DNA of 63,856 nt, counting the filler, from Platydemus manokwari (lineage: Eukaryota): NCBI GenBank assembly GCA_037951405.1. It is 6 parts of 6 records of this genome, joined end to end, with 100 filler letters (N's around TTAATTAATTAA, not from the genome) between each part and the next. Parts side by side here need not be neighbours in the genome. Positions count along the whole stretch, not along the records: positions 41,702 to 54,306 come from JBBMOY010056680.1; positions 54,407 to 63,856 come from JBBMOY011248208.1; 4 more parts are not named here. The stretch is one strand, 5' to 3'. This document shows positions 41,602-55,149 of the stretch, one piece after another. The notes under the pieces were generated by a model. It made no database searches and was not told where the DNA came from. It was given only the letters and a program-made list of their open reading frames with translations. Position numbers and translations under genes: made by a program. Every line of letters begins with the position of its first letter. The first letter of the stretch is position 1.

Positions 41602-41701
41602 NNNNNNNNNNNNNNNNNNNNNNNNNNNNNNNNNNNNNNNNNNNNTTAATTAATTAANNNNNNNNNNNNNNNNNNNNNNNNNNNNNNNNNNNNNNNNNNN
41701 N
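41602..41701. other. Artificial contig-joining spacer
   Basis: 44N-TTAATTAATTAA-44N. Confidence 0.97.
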
Positions 41702-41720
41702 AATCTTATTTTGTTAATGA

Positions 41721-41935
41721 ATATTTCTATAAATAGATCCCCCGTGGGAGACTTTTTATATATAACAATTCTTATATAAAAATTTGTTTATATTTTTTAG
41801 AATCATATTTCTATAAATAGATTCCCCCGCGGGAGACTTTTTCTATATAATAATTCTTATATAAAAATTTGTTTATATTTTTTAGAATCTTATTTCTTTA
41901 AATAGATTCCCCCGCGGGAGACTTTTTCATATAAT
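41721..41935. repeat. Tandem array, 84-85-bp unit, ~2.5 copies, with GC palindromic core
   Basis: Units start at 41721, 41805 and 41890. Each has AAATAGAT(T/C)CCCCG(C/T)GGGAGACTTTTT. Confidence 0.9.
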
Positions 41936-42004
41936 ATTTTTTTTCTTTTTATATAACAATTTCCATAACAATGTTCACATATTTTACTAATTTTTATTTT
42001 TCAG

Positions 42005-42556
42005 ATGAAAAGAACTTTATCCAAACAAGGACGAATTAACACAGCAAAAGGATTTGTGAATATGCTTCATGAAATTCGAAAAAATTTTGTGACTCAAGAA
42101 CATTTGGAACAATATGATTTATATTGTTTAACGAACATACAACAATACCCAAATGTTTTTGATGAAAATTATATAAGTAAGGAAATAGAAAATGTTAAAC
42201 GGGCAAGAAAAGAAGACGAAAGAAGAAAAAAAGAAGAAAATCAAAAGAAAAAAATATTGGAAATAGAAAATTATCTTAAGAAAAATATATTGGAATACCC
42301 CAACAATGAATCAGAAAATTTTAAGGAAATATTTTCGGAAAACAATGAAAAAACACTAAATATTTTAAAAAAAGTTTTGGATAGAGAAAAAATATTGACC
42401 TCTTCCAAAATTACAAACAAAATTTATATGGGGGAACTGCTTTTCCAATTAAAATCCCAAAACCATTTTGAGGATATTCAAGATTTTTTTATTTTATTTG
42501 AAATAGGCAAGTCCGAAGTTTATTTTTCAATAAATTTAATGAAATTATCTCTCTAA
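42005..42556 (+). CDS. 183-aa Lys/Glu-rich intronless ORF, probably a Polinton/virus accessory gene; possibly prematurely stopped
   Basis: ATG directly after TTTTTATTTTTCAG. Strongly A-rich coding strand. C-terminus MGELLFQLK...GKSEVYFSINLMKLSL*YPKL continues past the stop. Confidence 0.55.
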   Translation: MKRTLSKQGRINTAKGFVNMLHEIRKNFVTQEHLEQYDLYCLTNIQQYPNVFDENYISKEIENVKRARKEDERRKKEENQKKKILEIENYLKKNILEYPNNESENFKEIFSENNEKTLNILKKVLDREKILTSSKITNKIYMGELLFQLKSQNHFEDIQDFFILFEIGKSEVYFSINLMKLSL

Positions 42557-43559
42557 TATCCCAAAATTAGACTCGACTAATAAGAATTAGTCCAAGCCTT
42601 ATTCCGTGCATACTGCTACTGTCCCTGACTTAGAATCCAAAGTATCATCTGATCAATACAGTTTCTGTATTCGATCATCATTGAAGTGTCCATCAGTTTC
42701 GTTCGAGTATTTATAAGAAACCACAAATATCGTAAGGATATTATATTATTTAAAGAATAAGTAATTGCTAAACGATAATATTTAAATTTAATAATCGATA
42801 ATTATCGATTATAATCAATTTAAATTTTCCATTGGTAAACAGTAGCTTACATACTGTTCATTTATTGTGAGTATTGTACAATATATTTAACTTTAATATC
42901 GTATTAATATTAATATCGTATTGATATTAATACCGCACTATTAACTAAATGATAACTGATTATATTGAATCACTCAAGTCCACTACATACTGATTCTACA
43001 TTGAACCCAGTTCAACTAGAAGTAATCTTAAATTCAAAAAATCAACGCAAATACGGTTTGCGGGTTACGGTGCCAAGTAGGCCTAACCTCCAATAAATAA
43101 ATGTAGGGCTCTTACAGGATTACCCATAAGAGATCAGAAACAAACAGCTATATCGGAATAGAGTTTTCAATTTCTCTAATTAATCTAAAATCAATAATCC
43201 CTCCGACATTGCCTGGTTGTTTGTTAAAATAATTATTTGTAAAAAACCCATTTTTATCTAATTGTATTGATTGATTTGCCTTTAATGTTTTATTCTTATT
43301 GTTCAAGTTATAACATACACCTTCTGGAGTCAGGTATAATATTTATAGTAATATTAATAAAATACCATAGCTCGTATACGTTGGGAAAATAAAAACTACA
43401 TCATCACATCTTATAAAACCCAACACAAGATTTAAACAATAAAAAAGAAATTATCTAAAGAATCAAAGAATCGTTGGTAATCCAAAGCACTGTTGGATAA
43501 AGGATTTTAAAAATAAGGGTTAATATTTGAGATCACGTTCGTATATATTAATGTTTGCA

Positions 43560-45230
43560 ACTTTTTGTCTATGTGTCTGGATGAAACAACTGATATTAAG
43601 TCATCTGAACGATTATCAATTTTTACACAATCAAAATATAACAAGATTGAATTAATTATGAATTTTAATGACATTAAGAGCAAGTTAAATTTTCGTTATC
43701 GCTGAAATATTAAGCACATAAATAACATAAAGTTATGAAATTTACTTATAAACATAATTACATTTTATGATAAAGAATCGTTAAGAGAAAATTAGAACAA
43801 AATCACTAGTCAATAACAGCCAAGTAAGGTTAATAAAAATTTAGTATAATAGCAGTTATAAAATTATAGAAAATAGCACACGAAGTAAACTCAAGAAGAT
43901 TTTCATATCATTCAAATACTATGAAAATTAACTTCGTCCAAAACTGTACTATTTGACTTCGACAACAAATCTCTACGAAAACATGAGTAATCCTTGTTCG
44001 ATCTTATTCAATGTTGTAATAATTTTCTCGAAGTAATTCCTTGTAATATATTAGCACTGTCAAAGTTCGTACTGTACATTTGACATCTTTCTAAGCTTTC
44101 TCCTCCTCAGACCTATTTTCCTCCAGAGTCGTGACATTACAACTGCAACACAAAAATTTATCACATTACACATTTGTTATCAATACCTATCTAATTGTTG
44201 TAATTGTCGTGATTAACAAATTAATCTTATTATATTGTATTATTAGAAAACTAAACACGGAACTCATGCTTTGGCATTACTAAGAGTACAATTAGTTCAT
44301 CTATATCTCAGCTTAAGCAGCACAAATAAAAATATTCAACTTGTTTATCAGTAAGTCATTTTCGATAAATAATCACATCATAAAATTCTATAGCTGCATT
44401 ATTAATCAGTAGGTAATTTGTGCAAACGTTGGTAATAGCGATTTAAAAGCAATATCTAATAATGTAAATAGAATTGCAAATTTTATAATTGCATGTGACA
44501 TGTACAAAAGACAATTCAAAAAACTTACAAATGGAGTGAATTATTAAAGAACCTCTTTTGATATGCTGGGGTAAATTAACCACAAGGTATGTCTTTGAAA
44601 GGATATGCTGAAATAGGCCTATTTTAAAATGAATTTATTAAAAATTAAAGAAATTAAAGACACAATAGATCATTTAAGTTATTTTCGACAGATATGTTAT
44701 ATTACACGTTCGCATCAAACAAATTCAAGTACTTAGGAAGACGATTGAAGTTCCTTTTTGGGCTGATAAAGGTCTTTGTGATTAAAAATGATATCTTTTG
44801 TTAGATATATCGAATCAAGCCAATCAAAATATTTCTCAATGCTGAAAATATTTATTCTATGAAAATCAAATTATTGATAAAAACAAATTGGCACTTCAGT
44901 AATTACTTGGAAAATTAATAATATTATTAAACAACAGCTCTCACAATGATTTAGAGATTTTAAAAGAATAAAGAATTGTCCTGAAATACTTAATTATTAA
45001 ACCATAGATTAAAGATCAACGAATAAGAAAGCAAATTAAAAATCAATTATTACTAAACATTTCTGGTCATCCAGATAAACATTGTCAGAAGAAAAATTTT
45101 AACTTTCAAAATAATTCGAACATTATTAAAAAGAACTATCCCGATTCACAACGTCTCGTAAGCCATTGAATAGTAGATTGAGGAATCAAATCACCAAATT
45201 TTATCAGATAGAAGTTATATCTTGAAAATT
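43560..45230 (+). mobile_element. Highly decayed hAT transposase remnant
   Basis: SMCLDETTDIKSSERLSIF (first catalytic LDE(S/T)TD motif) at ~43568-43630, and NIIKKN...SRLR-like dimerisation-domain remnants at ~45120-45200. Confidence 0.5.
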
Positions 45231-48200
45231 TGTAAATTATTCATTTGATTGATTCTAAGGACTAAAAAACAGATGCGATTTGATCCTCAAAAATATGTAG
45301 AAAATATTCTGAGTTCTCATTAAAATCTGCACTTTTTATTGAGAATTCTTTACTTTATACGTATTTTCATTATTCGTACGTTTATAAAATTTCCAAAAAT
45401 AATCTTCGAAACAATGGAAAAGGTTAACCACTCAAAAGATGAGATGCTTTAAATTTTATCCGTGGAATTTTATTGTTATTTTTCATTCTCAAATAAACTA
45501 TCGATTTACTAATCAGTTAGAGCGTGTTCTTTATTTTTAAGGTTAATAGAGTTGATTAAACTAATTTTATTATTAAATTATTTTGAAATATTGTTTGATA
45601 TTTGCATTGAATTGTTGAGGGTACCAGCCACCCAAAAACTTACTTACACTTACTAAAAATTACTAAATCGCCCAACACACAAAAGCCTAGTGTATTGAAC
45701 TTATCAAGCCCAGCTTTGTATAAATAAATAATGCAAGCACCAACACAATAGACAGCACAATAATAAATGCCTTGATTATGGATAGCAAACCTGCTTAAGA
45801 CGTCGCTGAGCGAAGATGACATTAACATTGGTCAAGCCGTTGATATGAGACAAAAATCCCCTGAGTGATCACTTTAACACTAGCAATGATATTGTGTTTT
45901 ATTAATGTAGCTTTTTATGTAACTTTATATAATCATTATATCGTATGATCAATAATCTATGTAATCATTCTATTTTAATCAATAATGTATTATATATTCT
46001 TTCTCATTCACAATTATAAGTTAATCAGTGTACAAGACCTTTATTAAATTAATTAATTTTCCAGAAATTCGGTCTCCATGCAGGTTACTGATGCCCCTGC
46101 GAACCAAAACTTCAACTTTAAAAGACAAATTAAATAATTGTTTAATAGAATTATAACCCTTATTACACTTGTACCTTTTAAATCGAATTTAATTTCCTAA
46201 AACTGGTCCTTATATAATTTATCAAACCACTTTCATAATAACAATATAATTGGACTGATAATATTTAATCACGAAATATTTCAGTTATTGTAAAGAATTT
46301 GGGTTACCATTATCTTACTCGTTAATATTCAGATCTTTTGAGAGGCAATTCATTTTTCATAATTTATTTTTGTTAACTGTCCTCTTAGCAAAGACTGATC
46401 CAATTTAACAAATCTGACGAAAACAGAAGAATAAAAGATAAATAGGATAACAACAATATTATATATATATATAATTATGATAGCAAGACAACAAGTCAAA
46501 ATCAAGATAAATCAAAGCGTGTTAATTCGCAATGTCATTTTCAATTTGAACCATGATCAGACAACACCTAACCCCAATCAATCGAGATTCGAAGCCAATC
46601 ACCTGAAATGTGGATATGGATATTTGAAAAGATTTTTTATTATAACAATTACTATTTAATTTTAGGCTAGTTTAACTGGCAATAGATCTTGTAAATTTTG
46701 TAATATTTGTTTTGTAACGATATTTTATTGATATTGTTTGATAATTTCCCAAAAATTATAATAAAATTTATAAACAAAAATCATACAACAATATTTAAAT
46801 GAAGGCAAATTTTAAAATTATTTTAAGCTGATTAATGATTCGGAAAATTAAAATTTTAAAGGAACTATATTTTGAAGTAGATAGATTGGAATATCAAAAA
46901 TAGTTATTAATGATCACATGAGAAATAATCAATGATAATAGTAAAACTAAAACGAATAATTATTTTAAAAAATAATTATTCACGATAACCAGAAAAAAGT
47001 TCAATAAAAAGCAATTGGTAGTTGGGGAAAATCGCTCATGAAAACTTTCTAGCTTTCGCATATTATAGATTCGTGAATCGAGTAACAGTGAATCATGGAG
47101 CCCAAAAGAAAAAAATCTAATTAAATGCCAACATGAATTACGACGAGTCAATTGACATCAAATTATAAAGAAAAACTCATCTTGTATTAAATTTGTTTTA
47201 GTGAGATTATATGTCGTAAAATACATTGTTAGAGATATATTTATATATAAGCTATTGGGCATAAACAGGTATACATAAACATACATAAAAATAAACACAA
47301 TTAAATGATACACATATTATATAAAATGACTCAAAGCCAATATGGGCTAGAAATTATAAGATTAAAATTTTTAATCAGCAATGACAAATGTGAAAACCCA
47401 TTGCCATAGAATGCAATAGATTTTTAAATTTACACCTATCAACATGGTAAATCACTATGGTAAAAATGAAAATTCAAGTAGTTAGTCACAAATCAAACAA
47501 AGTATACACGACACAACTATCATTAAAATTCACACAAATTTCTCATAAAGGATTCCCATTAGTTACATCACTTATTCTCGCAAATAGGATTTTAAATATA
47601 CAACCATTACTCATGTGGGGATTTTTTATACTTATTCAAATATTCTAACTCATGAATCATCTTAATCACTAATCATTCAATTGCAAACTCAATTCGACTT
47701 TTGTGACTATGATCATTTCATTCGAATCACTTTTCGATAGGGTATTCGTTATGAAATAATAATTACCACCACCTGGGAAGTCCATTGAAATTTAGAGTTA
47801 ACTTAAATTCAACACTCCTATTTCTTTTTATATCGTACAATTCGTTCTCTTCGGTGATTGTTATTACGCCCAGGGCACTTCAATTATTCTGTTAAATTGT
47901 GAATTGAACATTTGTAAATTTTTTAATTTAGAAATTATCATTTTTATAAAAAATTATTGAATTTTAAATCGATTTAAAACAGCACTTAATTTGTCAATAG
48001 TTAATCAATTTTTAAAGATAATTTAACAATATTAATTTTAATTTCTGTTTGTTAGCTCAACACATAAATATCTATAATTATAGGCCAAACTATATCTTAA
48101 ACAAATATATAACACCATATTGTAATATATTTATCTTTTTTGGGACATTATCTAGTCAAATTCACTCCTCTTCATTGATTTTAGTTTCCAAAAGGGATTT

Positions 48201-49679
48201 TGTTGATTTTTATTATATTCAATAGATATTATTTTAGTTGTTATTTGCTGTTATCATAGCAGGAAACCTATTAATCTGTTAGCTATCAGATCTTTAGTGG
48301 AATCATCAACTATCTGCTCTAACTCATAATACTCATTTGTGGAACAAATCATCGATAAAATATTGTTGATTTAATCTTATTAATCATCAAATAAATAACC
48401 AACGAAAATTCCATCAATATATAAAATCAATATCAATACGAATGATGATCGTTATCTGAGCCATGTTAATAAATTTTCTAACGTGTCTGCTAGGTAAAAA
48501 AAAACATGCAGTCGACTAATTATAACAAATTGTTTAATAGCTTCTTTTAGAAGGGCAATATCATTATTGTTTGATATAAAATCTTAGTAAATTATAAAGT
48601 AAAACTAAATTTTTACAAATTGAAATTAATTTCTGTGTAGCATAAAAACTGAAATTTCAATAAATTAATTTCAATAAATGAAATAAAATAAGTAATACCA
48701 AAATTTGTGATATATATATAAAATATAAAATATAAAATAAAATAAATAATTTTAAATAATTGTTGCCGTGCAGCTTCAATGTAAACAAAATGATTCAAAA
48801 CGATTGGGCATGCATCTGATAAATTATTTTTGAAATTTTTAAACCATTTGTTCGTAGATAAACACGAGTAAGCAAACAAATGAATAAATAGGAAAAGAAA
48901 ATTTAAAAACTTAATTTAAATAATAATTAAGCAAATACCTGTCTTCGAGTTAATCAAACAACAAATTGATTAGCATAACAAACAGTAATTCAAAATGGAA
49001 ATTATGATAATAGATATCAAACAATTCCAAAACTTATAAGAATTGATTATTAAGCGAATTAAAAGTAAAATTTCAATTCAAATAAAATAAAGATAAAAAA
49101 ATGCAATAAATTTTCGTCTATTGTAATGCATCAGTCAATGTGCATTCTGTTCTTAGGGAAGAAACGAACAACAACATGTGAAATTTTTTGAAAATGATTA
49201 GGATTTGAATATTTGATTGTTATTGAATTTGATGTAAATGGATGTAAAAAAAATGATGTAAAAAAAAATCAGATTTAAGAAGCTTTGAATGAAAATGTCG
49301 AATTGAAAAAATTAAGTGTAATGCCTAACAATTAGTGTCCTCTATTTGAAACTTTTGATAATACAATTCCAGGTTTCCACGTTAGTTATATCACGAATTT
49401 AAAATTCTTAAGTTTTGCTTAAATTAATTTTTCAAATTTCTAAATCTGTGGGGAACTAACTGGGCAATTTTGACCCTACCAAAATAACAAAAAAAATAAA
49501 TATAAATCAATATAAAAATGTTTTTTCAAAATAATTTGCAAATTAAGAAAATAACAATGCCAGAAATTACAAAAATATTGATAAAATTTTTAAATTTGTT
49601 TTACCGCACCAAAACTAATCGACACTAAGATCATTAAGAAAAACCCGCATTGGAATCTAAATATAGAACCGACGATGTA

Positions 49680-51900
49680 TGTAAAACATAAATAGCGACA
49701 CTAGTTGCTAAAAATAGACACGAAACCTAAAAATAGTAACATATGCTAAAAATAGTAACATATGCAACTAAGCGTAGAATGACACCAAAAATAGCAACAA
49801 GATGCATGACTCACAATAATACACAAAATAGTATAAAAGCAGAGAACAACAAGCAAATATCGCACTTCGACTAACCAAAATTACGACTCGTTATAAAATT
49901 GTAGGAAAATTTTGACGAAGCTCAAATCTGAAGCTATTTTATTCATATTTTAATTTTATTGTATGCTAATTTTGATCCTCAAATTTTGAAGAATTTTATT
50001 ATACATTCTACGAGTAATTTTATTATCTGTTAAACTAAATTCCGACCCACGACTAGTCTTGGCCTTGTGGTCTATTAAAATTTATAACTTCCACTTAAAG
50101 TTCCCTACCTTCATTTTTGTCACAAGAGGCTTACCCGAGCACCTAAGCGGTACGCCCTTTACTGTTTTCTTGACTACACTCTTTGATCCCACAATAGCAA
50201 ACACCACCTTTAGTATTTTAAATTCATTGTACTCAGATTATTAATTTTTATTTATCAATGCGGTTCCATTTGTTGTGTTTTGCTTTTATTCATTATATTT
50301 TATTTGATCATTATATACTTTTAAATACTTAATAAAGTAAAATTTATTATATAACATAATAGGCTTCAATTTGCTGAGATCCGAGCAGTCATAGGAAGGC
50401 AGGTTTCATGACCTAAGGCAATATCTTTTCTAAGCTCAGGCTGGTCCAATCAAGAGGTTAGAGCGCTGACACTAGATGAGATTTTTTTATTAAATTAAAC
50501 GTGCGATAAAGCGACAACAACCTTTTATCTATTTAGAGTCCAAATAAGTTGAAGATTTTTGAGAGAATATAGTTATTTTGTTTAAATCCTTCTGATAATC
50601 AATACAGTATCAGTCACATCTTTTTACAAATTTACATTTGTAATTTGAATTTAAAATTACTATAAAACCATCTCGACAATCTTTAACAAATGGTTATTTC
50701 TTAAATCTATTTTTTGTAAACAATTTTTCGTAAACAAATTTGAATAATATAATAATTATTTATGGGGAAGAGTCGAATACCCACTCATTCGAAAATAAAA
50801 TGAAAATCTCCAATTGATATCGGAGATTTCTCTCCAATAAAAAGTTCTTTAAAAAACCATTGCAATTTAACGAAAATTTGGAAAACAATGACATGAAATT
50901 GAATCAAATTCCTGAAACAAAAATCTTAACGAAAATTAAACTTATTGAATAAGATCAATACCCTTCCAAAATCATCGATTAAACCTGGTCAGAGTTATGC
51001 ATCTTCTCGTAAACATCTATCTGAAGAGACTTTTCTGCTTTTATTAAATTTGAATTGAATGTAATAAACAAACGGTTTTAAATAAATCTGAAAATCCTGT
51101 AAATATTTAGCCTAACTATCGGCACATCAACAATATTGAATTATTCAAACCTAAAGAAAAATTGGAAACAAATGGAAAAAAAGTTCGTTATTTACGACAT
51201 GAATTTCAATATTTTCGCTTTCCATATGAAAAACCTAATGAAAAATCTAAAATGCCATCAAATGATCTAATCTGTAATTCCCTTGTGCTCTCTTATTTAT
51301 GAGCAAAAATAGATTAATTTTTAATGAAAATTCTCCCCATGATATATTCTAAATCACGTTTCAATATTCAATTATGGATTACTACCTAAACAACTATCTT
51401 AATTTTGATTACGAGATCCCCCCGCAATCCATAATCCGATGTCTTTTCTCAAATTTTTCTGAATTCAGCAATGCAAATAATATCATTGATATGTCAAAAA
51501 GAAATAACTTTCTCAACCAGCAATTGAATATCATATTAAAATCAAAAATAATGGAAAAACAATAATCGCAATTGTGGCTACACATTAAAAGAATTAATCA
51601 AGATAAACCATAATTAGTTGACTCAATTATCAATCGATGATGACCTATTTCGAGGAAGTAGACGACTTAAGTAATAATAACCTCACCGTGATCAACAAAC
51701 CTCAAGAGATTTATTTGAAAGATAGAAATAGAAAATACGAGTAACCATCTGTTACAGAGCAAGATCAAGCTTAACAATATCATCTTTATCTTCGGCATAT
51801 ACAACACCATCTTTATCTTCAGCATATCAGAAAATCAAACCCCAATCGTCTCAATCAACCTACTATCAAAGCTTACAATCCAGGTGGAAGGTCGACATGG
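49680..51900 (+). mobile_element. LTR (~49680-50356) with downstream decayed internal, possibly gag-like, sequence
   Basis: Homologous to solo LTR 13093-13687. TATAAAA 49832, AATAAA 50331, ends TAACA at 50356. Broken A/C-rich reading frames follow at ~50760-51900. Confidence 0.6.
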
Positions 51901-54040
51901 ACGAATGACAAATATTTGACTATATTTTACTTTTTGTGATTAATCTGACTCTTAACTTTTTGTGATTCTTGCACGATTTTGATTTATTAGTATCGATTTA
52001 TGTGTAAAGAAATTTTGAAATTGTTAATAAAAACAATAAACATTTTTAAAACTACAAAATATATATTTTTAAATAATATGTAACAAATTATTATGAGAAA
52101 TAATAATAATAAAACCATGAAAAAATAAATAAAATAAATAAAAAGGAAATAACTTTTTGACGAGATAATAAATAATAAAATAATTTCCATAAATAATAAT
52201 ATACATTATAATTTTGGGTAAAAATTAGTTAATTAAAATATGGGCGTATTTGTGGGCGAAAATTGGAATTTTAAATGTATGAGAAAAAGGAAAAACTCAA
52301 AAATAATACGAATAAAAAATAAATTAAAATTATTAATCTAGGCGAATTTATAAAATAATTTTAAAATCCAATAGGAAAAAAGAAAATATTAAACAAAAAC
52401 GATTATTCAGAATCCGTCCTAGAAAATACTATATAAGGAATGGCAAAATCACAAATTTCACCCTCAAAAACCCATAATATTACTAGACAATCTTGAAAGG
52501 ATTCAATAAAGGCATAAACGTTTAGACGTTAGATAAAAAAGGGATAAATTGAAATACCAAAAAGGTGTGATTTACCATTTGATAAAAGAAATAAATATCA
52601 TTATAGGGCCCATATTATAAAATCTACATTAATATAAAAATCATATATCAACGCAAAGGAGGTTCGGTATCTTGTGGAAAAATCTATCTTAATCTGTGCG
52701 TTGTGAAAATTTGAAATATTGTTAGTTTGTTTGAACAATTTAAAGTTAAAGGGATTTTTTAATACTTTAATTTTTGTAAATTTGTAGAACATAAATCACA
52801 ATTGTGTTTATTTAGTGTATTATTTGATTATAATCATAAGAGCACATACCTACGGGATTGACATTGTGCTTCAACCAGTAGTATCGAACTCCCAGATATA
52901 TAGTTATATTAAAAGGACCCTATAAACCTAACGGATCCATCGAATCGTTTAAGTATGCCCTCATACGTAGAGAATTATGAGGATACGAGACTTATTAAGT
53001 GAAGAATATCTAAAAGAACGCTGTTTAAAATCAAATAAGTAGTGCAGAAAATGTTAACTAAATATTATCTCAAGAAATTGCATAAACTCGAAACAAATTA
53101 TCATGAAGAACAAGTCCAATCCACAAAGGCATTAATCTACAATAAATAGATCGCACCAAAACAAAGCATTCTTGGCAATGAATTTATCAATCTCAGTTCC
53201 GCTTATCACAACTTAGAAGTGTAAAACAGAGGAATATCAACAAGTAATTGCTCTGCCAATCATGCATCAACCGTTTACAGTACAAATGGAATTGATGCAG
53301 CCCAAAAATACACATTTCGATAATTCTCTACACTTGGAAAGACGACTTGGATTAATTTGTTATTAATTTCAATAAAATCGGGATTTGCATTTCAAGTCAT
53401 TAAAAGGCTTTCCATGTTAAAGAAAGTTTATATTAAATCAATTATTTGATACATTAAATAGATCTCTGCCACAAAACAGTTGATATACTATCAAGGTACA
53501 AAAGGTTGAAAACTGACTACAAGGACCATAGTACACTTCCATAAGGTACCGGGTCACTTAGAAGAACCATGGTTTATCCAAGAACAATAAGAACACTCCC
53601 AGAAGCGAAGTTCAGAGTCGAAAACTTATAGCCAAAGCACCATTCCTGAAGAAACTATCAAAGAAGAAAACAAATCATACTACAATTAAATATTGATCTT
53701 AGAATGTACCCAATCCTATAAATAATAATAATACCACCCATGACACTCCTCAACAATGAATCACAGCCATTCAGTTTACAAAGACACAATAGAACAGTTC
53801 TTGCAGAGCAACAAATGCAATAATACAGTCTAGTAGCAATTAAGTAACTTTTGTATAAAAACTTTGAAAATTATTCTTATGAATATTGCTTGTAAAAATA
53901 TCTGATCGCATTCAAGTCCTGTATATGTGCTTCAATTTTGAAGAATGGCACTGTACTTTTATGTCTAAGTGGAATACAAACAAACCTAGGTAAATAAATA
54001 CATAATTACATCAAAAATGTTTCTCGGGGAATAGAAAAAT

Positions 54041-54279
54041 TAAAAGGGGGTTATGTTAATATATAATACAGCTCTTCACCATATCATTGAGCATTTACTA
54101 CGAGTTCAGTTACTAAAGCTTCGCAGATTCTATTTTCATATAGAGAATAAAGTCCAATCGAACATTTGTCTGTAATCATTTTAAGATTTGAATAACGTTT
54201 ATCATTCAATTGTCTTATGTGTTATTAATATTTACCTATTATTGAATTTTTTACCTAGAATTGTTGCTATAACTACACA
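54041..54279 (+). mobile_element. Polypurine tract plus short 3' LTR of a retrotransposon
   Basis: AAAAGGGGG-TTA immediately before TGTTAAT at 54054. AATAAA at ~54145 and ACACA end at ~54279. Decayed coding-like sequence upstream (~52900-54040). Confidence 0.5.
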
Positions 54280-54306
54280 TCTCTGAAATCAGATATAATT
54301 AAATAC

Positions 54307-54406
54307 NNNNNNNNNNNNNNNNNNNNNNNNNNNNNNNNNNNNNNNNNNNNTTAATTAATTAANNNNNNNNNNNNNNNNNNNNNNNNNNNNNNNNNNNNNN
54401 NNNNNN
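54307..54406. other. Artificial contig-joining spacer
   Basis: 44N-TTAATTAATTAA-44N. Confidence 0.97.
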
Positions 54407-55149
54407 ACTATATATTCATAAGAAATCTTCATAAATAATAATGAATTACAAATATTGATTTCATCTTCTTTTATAATAGAAGTCATCTTTTTTATCAGTT
54501 AAGAAACTCAAGAGGAAATTTTCTAGAAATAACACAGATTCTACTTGAATATTATCCATGATACAATTCAGTATAAAAACCCAAGTCATATTCTAGCAAA
54601 TTAGATACAAGATATTTGAAAATTAGAACAACAATTATGAGCAATTTCTCATTAGATCTGTCGACGAAAGTCTAGACAACATGACAGATGCTAAAGTTAA
54701 CCAAAATGGTAGCTTAGCCAGTTAATTTACAAATTACCCCCAATTAGTTAAAAAGATATTGATTAATTAATTAATTTGGTTGTTTAGTTTATTGAATTAA
54801 TTTGTTAGCTAACAACGTGTGGAGTGATTGTTTTGCTGTTCATTATTTTCTTATTCTCTGTTGTTATTATTATTTTTGTCGATAACATTTCACATTCAAA
54901 TCTCAATTTGTTATTGATTTTCGTTATTCATGATATTTTGGATTCAATTTGATCAGGAAAACCATATCTCAAATTTAAATATCTTTTCTATTTAAAGCGA
55001 TCATTTCATATTTATTTGTCTGAAAAATTTCCACGTCGCAATTTCTTTAAGATCTCCGATTTTCCAGAGAATCTCTGTCGTTGAACCCTCTGTTTATTGT
55101 CTATCTCTATTCTTGATCTTATATATATCTTTTAAATCATTGATATTCT

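Noticed and set aside
41721-41935. CRISPR-like array of palindromic repeats
   Set aside because: The intervening sequences are near-identical rather than unique spacers, the context is eukaryotic and there are no cas genes.
50428-50475. tRNA-like stretch TAAGCTCAGGCTGGT...GGTTAGAGCGCTG
   Set aside because: No T-arm/B-box (GTTCRA) and no cloverleaf.
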